From: a virus | Virus record (IMG/VR): IMGVR_UViG_3300032164_000003 | Location: 27,089 to 91,088 of that record | Direction: 5' to 3' (one strand) | DNA length: 64,000 nt | Shown here: positions 58,686-64,000 of the stretch, piece after piece | Layout of the letters: the number at the start of each line of letters is the position of its first letter | Position numbering within the stretch: the first letter of the stretch is position 1 | Made by a program: the position numbers and the translations under genes | The notes under the pieces: model-generated | Told to the model about the DNA's origin: nothing | The model's input: the letters and a program-made list of their open reading frames with translations, nothing else | Database searches by the model: none

Positions 58686-58990
58686 TAACACAGAAGAAAA
58701 ACTATGTAAATGATGTTGGAACAGAGATCTTGGTGGATACTGGGTCCGATCTCTCGACAGCTACCGAGCTAGCACTCTATGTAAGGAAGCCCTCTGGAAA
58801 AGCAGTCACGTGGGCAGGCACTCTTGGACCCATTAATCCACAGGGTGTGAAAGTATACATAAAGTACATTGTAGAGACAGGTGATTGGGACGAACCCGGT
58901 TGGTGGTCGCTGCAGTCATATGTAAAAATAACAGCTTGGGAAGGCCGAGGAGAAACAGTAAAATTCCAACTATTCCCGGAGTTCAAGTAA
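58682..58990 (+). CDS. BppU N-terminal-like Ig-fold virion protein
   Basis: DVGT.I.V, VRKPSG, Y....GD.DE.G.W.LQ..V. Confidence 0.6.
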   Translation: MITQKKNYVNDVGTEILVDTGSDLSTATELALYVRKPSGKAVTWAGTLGPINPQGVKVYIKYIVETGDWDEPGWWSLQSYVKITAWEGRGETVKFQLFPEFK

Positions 58991-58991
58991 G

Positions 58992-59906
58992 ATGCCTGTA
59001 TGGGGAAAACCATATAAGATAAGACGCTCCACGCGTGCACTGAGCTTTGCTGTCCGGCAAAATTATACATTGCTAGAAGTTTGCGGCGAGGAGTGCTATC
59101 TGTTGCAACGTAAGGCCCGCGCTAAGACTACTTTCCAATGGGCATCTCGTGAAGTTGATGTATTGACTACGACAACGGCCCCCAGCGCGTACACGGCGGA
59201 TCCCGAAACCGGGTATTTCAGATACCTGCTATGGAATGAGGCCACTGATTCAGCAACTACATATCCAGATATTGGAGTAATGACTGTAACTGTGCAAGCA
59301 ACGGGTGGTGTCGCAAGCGTTTGGGAGCCAGCAGTGGACAAATACTCATTTTTGCCGGACAGGAATGAGTACGCAGTTGACATTTTCCAGGATCAATTGG
59401 ATAGTACAGGTACATCAGTACCAGATGCAGTATATATAGTGTTCAATACACCGCCATTTATAATGGGGAACATCGTTCTGTTTACTTATGGAAACATTAA
59501 TCCACTAGTAAACTTCGCTGGAATGCAACCAATTAGGGATAATCAACCAGATTACCAAAATAGCTTGTTTGGGTTCGAACAATGGTTAGATCCGAACCAG
59601 AAGATTCGTAGTAGGCACACACCAAATGCCTTCTTGCTGGCCTTCCCGGGCGTTCTGTCAGACTTTACAATCACCGAGGGTGGTTTGCTGCAAGAAACGA
59701 AGGGAGACTTCTGGACGACTCCAATCAAGGCACCAATTATAACAGAGCACGATGTCGTTATTAGGAATTCTACTGGGGAGCGGTATCAAGTAACGAATTA
59801 CACGCCTATTTTTCTTGAGTCGATATTAGTAAGTCAACATATGGACTTGACAGAACTGGACCCCAGAAGTTCGATCTATAATGTACCAATCGTAACTGGG
59901 TTGTAA
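58992..59906 (+). CDS. putative neck / head-closure protein
   Basis: GEECYLLQRK, FWT...PII.EHDV.IR..GERY.V; position. Confidence 0.55.
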   Translation: MPVWGKPYKIRRSTRALSFAVRQNYTLLEVCGEECYLLQRKARAKTTFQWASREVDVLTTTTAPSAYTADPETGYFRYLLWNEATDSATTYPDIGVMTVTVQATGGVASVWEPAVDKYSFLPDRNEYAVDIFQDQLDSTGTSVPDAVYIVFNTPPFIMGNIVLFTYGNINPLVNFAGMQPIRDNQPDYQNSLFGFEQWLDPNQKIRSRHTPNAFLLAFPGVLSDFTITEGGLLQETKGDFWTTPIKAPIITEHDVVIRNSTGERYQVTNYTPIFLESILVSQHMDLTELDPRSSIYNVPIVTGL

Positions 59907-59916
59907 GGAGATTGCG

Positions 59917-60552
59917 ATGGCAATCACTGTATGGTACCGTGGAATACGGTTTGTAAAGGATTTCATTGTTCAATATCTGAACTATATATTTTTGGCTAAT
60001 CAAAAGGGCAGTCTCCTTTTCACGGATGGGACTAAAGAGATAAAGTTTTCGACACTTCCGACGGCAATCAAGCGCGCCTCATGGGATCCACGTCGGATGC
60101 CCGCTGTACTTATTGGAAAAGCTGGCGGGGGAATGAAGTACATTAGCTTTTCTAAGGATAAACTAAAGAGCGATGTAATACCTTCTAGCACTGGAGAGAC
60201 GGCCACACTTTATTATACGGTTGGCGGAGACTTCGATCTCAATATTGGATTGTCTGTGCGCGCGACAACTATAGAAGAGAGAGACAATCTGGTAGATATA
60301 GTTGGCATTTATCTTGCTCATCCAGTAGCTAAAGATTACTTTATGCGGCATTACTTGGTGCTTCCAGAAGCCCCCGCTTTAGCAGGAGAATCGGACGTAC
60401 ACGAGCCCGGACTTGACCATCCAATATACGCTACGGATCTAAATTTACGTGTAATGACGCGCTGGCAAGAATATACCTCAACGGAAGAGGCGACAGTAGG
60501 CAACATCATTGCCGATTTGGAAGCCGTTGAGGAATTTGATGAAGTACCCTAA
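59917..60552 (+). CDS. putative tail terminator/completion protein
   Basis: MPAVLI, VRATTIEERDNLVD; directly before sheath. Confidence 0.55.
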   Translation: MAITVWYRGIRFVKDFIVQYLNYIFLANQKGSLLFTDGTKEIKFSTLPTAIKRASWDPRRMPAVLIGKAGGGMKYISFSKDKLKSDVIPSSTGETATLYYTVGGDFDLNIGLSVRATTIEERDNLVDIVGIYLAHPVAKDYFMRHYLVLPEAPALAGESDVHEPGLDHPIYATDLNLRVMTRWQEYTSTEEATVGNIIADLEAVEEFDEVP

Positions 60553-60625
60553 AAGTGACGAGAGTTTAATTCTAAGCATGTTTTGATGCTAACCTTACTA
60601 CGGTTTGTAACAATGGAGAGATCCA

Positions 60626-61987
60626 ATGGCAATTAGAGTACCTGGAATCATAGTACGTATCGTTAATGATACGGGCATCATTGCGCCTCCCATTTTTCAA
60701 AGATATCCTGTAATAATCGGTGAAGGCGACCCATATAGGACCATCTCCGATTATAGAATTAGGAAGACGGCGGATGACTATGACGGGCTAGGCGCTATCA
60801 CAACGGTAAATGATATTGTAAGTGTAGGAGATCTTCCGGGAATCGCAAGCTATGTAGCAACTACAGATTATGAATTGTCTGGAAATACCATTCATTGGGT
60901 AGGTGTACACAAGCCGGACGACGGAGATTACTACTACGCAACGTATACAGAAACCCGCCCCGCCAGCGCATATGTTCCGATGCTATATTTCGATGAAAAC
61001 CTTATTTATGCCGACCACGGAAATCAAACAAGGACAAGTGGCGCGATAAACGATGTGTCCGTTGGCTCGTCCCTGGCGTTGTCTGCTGGAAGTGGTGGCG
61101 TAATTGTTATGCAGCTGGACCTTAGTGGTGCAGCAGATCCAGATGTGCCGACCCCAACAGAACTAGAAAACGCGTTCATCGATTCTGTTGATCTTTTGAA
61201 CCGCATCACAGACTATAAGCTGTTCCTGGTCCCAATGTCGTCTGGAACATTGCTTACAACCACGGCAGCAAACATCTTCTTCAACCATGCCGTTATCGCA
61301 AGCCAGCCTGCGCGGAAGCAGGAGCGTACAGTTGTTGCTTCCCTGGCTAAGGGCGTTGATTATCAGGGTGCAGCTACTTTCGCTATCAGCTACTTCCACG
61401 AGCGCATGGTGGTTCCGTACGTCCCGGATGCCACTGTGAACGTGGTTGGCTTTACAGCAGACTATGACATGCGGTTCTACGCTGCTGCGCTGACTGGCAA
61501 GCTTTGCTCGGTGTCCATCGGTAGGAACATTTCCGACGAGATCATTCCTAATGTCTCGTTCCCTGGAAACTTTAGCCCAGACGAGGCAGATTACTTGGTA
61601 CAGCGCGGCGTGTCTCCAGCTAAGGTAAGCGGTGCCGTGGTCAGAAACATCATGGCTATAACTACAGACACTACGAATGCGCTTACTGAAGACCTGGGCG
61701 TACAGGATGTAAAGGACTATGTAAAGAAGTACTGGAGAGAAGGCCTCTGGACAGCGTTCAAGAACGCTCCTATTACAAGAAGCCTAATCGCCCAAGTGCG
61801 CGCTGCCTCCGTTGGGATTTTGGATTACTTGGTTTCACAGGGCACCATTGCAGAATATAGAGAACTGGCTGTCGCACAGGATATTACTGAGCCTAGAAAA
61901 CTGTTGATATCTGGCAAGATTAAGCCAGCGTTCGGACTACAGTGGATGGACATAACATTTACCTTTGTTATGGCCTTCACAGGCTAG
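60626..61987 (+). CDS. tail sheath protein
   Basis: RVPGI.V N-term, S..RKQER, L..RGV, TTD, ..KPAFGL.W..ITF. Confidence 0.85.
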   Translation: MAIRVPGIIVRIVNDTGIIAPPIFQRYPVIIGEGDPYRTISDYRIRKTADDYDGLGAITTVNDIVSVGDLPGIASYVATTDYELSGNTIHWVGVHKPDDGDYYYATYTETRPASAYVPMLYFDENLIYADHGNQTRTSGAINDVSVGSSLALSAGSGGVIVMQLDLSGAADPDVPTPTELENAFIDSVDLLNRITDYKLFLVPMSSGTLLTTTAANIFFNHAVIASQPARKQERTVVASLAKGVDYQGAATFAISYFHERMVVPYVPDATVNVVGFTADYDMRFYAAALTGKLCSVSIGRNISDEIIPNVSFPGNFSPDEADYLVQRGVSPAKVSGAVVRNIMAITTDTTNALTEDLGVQDVKDYVKKYWREGLWTAFKNAPITRSLIAQVRAASVGILDYLVSQGTIAEYRELAVAQDITEPRKLLISGKIKPAFGLQWMDITFTFVMAFTG

Positions 61988-61996
61988 AGGTGAGCC

Positions 61997-62515
61997 ATGC
62001 CGTATCCCTACAATTCACTTCCGAATACAGCACACGTTGTATTTTACTCATATGCTATAACCATTGGCAGCGGTGCACAGATCGGATCGTTTGAAAAGTT
62101 CTCGTCAAGCTTCACCCGGACGGCAGAGCGTATTCGTGAGGTTTACTACAGCCGTGGCGCTCAAACCAAGGAAATAATCTGGTCAGGTACTGACATACAG
62201 GTTACCCTTGATCACGTAGAGCTTTACCAACAGTCCATTCTTCAGGCCATTGGGTTCCAGATTTACACCATTGAGGATTTGAACCAGAGCCTGGATATCC
62301 ACGAGCTTATGTTCATCCCAGCACAGCCTGGAAGTCCTACGCTGCCGCCAGAGTCGAATGAAGGTGAGATCCGGATTATTACCTACAGAGATTGTGTAGC
62401 AACGAACGCCACCAAGGAAGTAAACATTACCAGTGCCAAGATCGTTGAATCGATGACCTTTGAGTGCCGGACGGTAACTGGTGAAGGCTTGCCAATCTCT
62501 GTGAACGTTCCGTAA
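61997..62515 (+). CDS. tail tube protein
   Basis: 172 aa after sheath; IG, RIRE, YRDC, I.ES.T. Confidence 0.8.
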   Translation: MPYPYNSLPNTAHVVFYSYAITIGSGAQIGSFEKFSSSFTRTAERIREVYYSRGAQTKEIIWSGTDIQVTLDHVELYQQSILQAIGFQIYTIEDLNQSLDIHELMFIPAQPGSPTLPPESNEGEIRIITYRDCVATNATKEVNITSAKIVESMTFECRTVTGEGLPISVNVP

Positions 62516-62556
62516 GTAGTAATTTCGAAACGTCCTAGCCGAAACGAGTTTGTAAC

Positions 62557-63093
62557 ATGACGTTGATCCCAGAAGTTCAAGAGAGCTTTCCTACTAATAC
62601 CGAGAATCCTGGCGACAAGGAAAAACAGCAACAGCGCCAGATCCAGGATGACGTAATCAATCCCGGTAATGAAAGCTACGTGTACGAGCAGTTGTTCCTT
62701 CTGGGATATGCCGAATCTCCTGGGATACTTGTTTATAAAGATGACAAGAACGAGATCATAGCTAAGTTCAGAACGCTTACTCCCAATGAAATGCGGGATG
62801 TCTATGAGGCATCTACACGATTTCAGACGTCTGTGGCCCAGGCAATTACTGAAAAACTGGAAACATTAGCTCGGGCAATTACAACTATAAACAATACGCC
62901 TCTAGTTCTGCCGCAAAAGGAGCAGCAAGAGTACTTTGAGAAGTATAATCAGAACCCGTCTCCGCTAACAATGGCCAGAATCATCTTGCATCAGAAGATA
63001 AAGGCACTGGTTGTTATCGATGCACTGTACGACAAGTATCTAGAATTCTCGGAAGGTGTGTACAAAAAATTTGAGGACGGAAAAAAAAACTAA
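62557..63093 (+). CDS. tail assembly chaperone (G)
   Basis: FRTLT..E, LARAI..IN..P; ends in KKN at slippery site. Confidence 0.75.
   Translation: MTLIPEVQESFPTNTENPGDKEKQQQRQIQDDVINPGNESYVYEQLFLLGYAESPGILVYKDDKNEIIAKFRTLTPNEMRDVYEASTRFQTSVAQAITEKLETLARAITTINNTPLVLPQKEQQEYFEKYNQNPSPLTMARIILHQKIKALVVIDALYDKYLEFSEGVYKKFEDGKKN
63079..63093 (+). other. -1 programmed frameshift site A AAA AAC
   Basis: GGA AAA AAA AAC TAA; the -1 frame is open to 63533. Confidence 0.85.
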
Positions 63094-63533
63094 TTGAGAG
63101 TGATTTCTTCAAATTAGACCTTCAGTTACTTGTTTATTTCAAAATTCTTCCTACAGATCCTCGGTTTCAATCCTTAAATATCTTTCAAAAAGCCATGTTA
63201 GCATACGGAATTGGAGATGATTTCTCTTTGAAATTTAACCTCGCGAAAAATATACTAGACAAGGTGTTTTGCTACATGAATCCAGAGCTTTGGATAAAGG
63301 ACAAAGAGAGGGCCGGCGAATTACAGGATCCATACACTAAAGTAAACTTCGAGTTCAAAAAGATACAAGCATATGGGCGCGCTACTGGCATGATGCCACA
63401 AAATACCATGATTGCGGATGCACTAAAGAAGGTGTATGGAAATTCTTCCAAAGATGGGCGGCTTTCGGGTGTACCGGGTACAAAGCCGGCAGCAAAACCA
63501 CCGGTAAAGCCAGACGACGAGGTTTTAGGATAA
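63090..63533 (+). CDS. tail assembly chaperone frameshift extension (T)
   Basis: open -1 frame LIESDFFKLDLQLL... continuous with track ORF 63195-63533. Confidence 0.75.
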   Translation, partial: LIESDFFKLDLQLLVYFKILPTDPRFQSLNIFQKAMLAYGIGDDFSLKFNLAKNILDKVFCYMNPELWIKDKERAGELQDPYTKVNFEFKKIQAYGRATGMMPQNTMIADALKKVYGNSSKDGRLSGVPGTKPAAKPPVKPDDEVLG

Positions 63534-64000
63534 ATGGCCGAGGATACGTTCAAAGGCGGGGGTATAGATTTCCAGTTCGTGGAAAATGCCAAGACCGCAG
63601 AAGCGAGCATTGGCAATATCAATTCGTATTTAAACACTGTAAATAATAGTGCCTCTGCATTCTCTGCCGCTATGGCGCAATTAGTAGATCTCTTTGGCAA
63701 GCTCCAGAAATTAACTGAGGATATGGACAGTACGGATAAAGAACGATTAAAAACAGAAAAGGGAATGGAGATCTCTGTAGAGTCTCTTTCTAAGAAGCAA
63801 AAAAAGATTGCCGAATCGTTAGCTAAACAACTTGATTTGAAAAAGCAGTTTGTTAAGGTTGGCGGACAAGAAATAACAATGGGAAAGGTTACTGAGGCGG
63901 AGGCTAAGAAAAAAGAAGTACACTTCAAAAGAATTAAGCAAGAGATTAAGGAGCAGTTGGGTAGTTTGAAGGGCCAACTTACTTCTATGGTTGGATTCAA
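63534..64000 (+). CDS. tape measure protein, N-terminus (partial)
   Basis: ATG abuts previous TAA; MAEDTFKGGGIDFQF..., helical, open to window end; canonical position. Confidence 0.7.
   Translation, partial: MAEDTFKGGGIDFQFVENAKTAEASIGNINSYLNTVNNSASAFSAAMAQLVDLFGKLQKLTEDMDSTDKERLKTEKGMEISVESLSKKQKKIAESLAKQLDLKKQFVKVGGQEITMGKVTEAEAKKKEVHFKRIKQEIKEQLGSLKGQLTSMVGF

Noticed and set aside
63272-64000. Minus-strand 242-aa ORF
   Set aside because: Antisense to the chaperone extension and the tape measure, which fit the gene order
1-64000. Stop-codon reassignment
   Set aside because: Coding density is high under code 11 and TAA, TAG and TGA all end genes

Overview
This window is part of a large tailed dsDNA phage (Caudoviricetes, contractile tail) genome using the standard genetic code, organised as two divergent arms. 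The minus-strand arm (1-27474) encodes recombination and replication: an SSB-like protein, a UvsY-like protein, RecA with a class 3 intein, a UDG-PolA fusion with an unusual Asp-terminated intein, a sigma-like/acidic/wHTH protein, a stand-alone primase zinc finger, DnaB, a DnaC-like loader, an SF2 helicase and RuvC. The same arm carries a very large glycan-modification cluster of about ten glycosyltransferases, a pyruvyl-transferase-like protein, a radical SAM enzyme and a methyltransferase. A repeat- and palindrome-rich non-coding segment (~27480-27960) sits at the strand switch and is a candidate origin. The plus-strand arm (28104-64000) holds a metallopeptidase, DNA methyltransferase, lysis-like membrane proteins, RmlA, a WYL protein, terminase, portal, prohead protease, scaffold, major capsid, a GC-rich cassette of fibre-like virion proteins, neck, sheath, tube, a frameshifted tail chaperone and the start of the tape measure. 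All calls come from motif recognition and gene order; no database searches were run.
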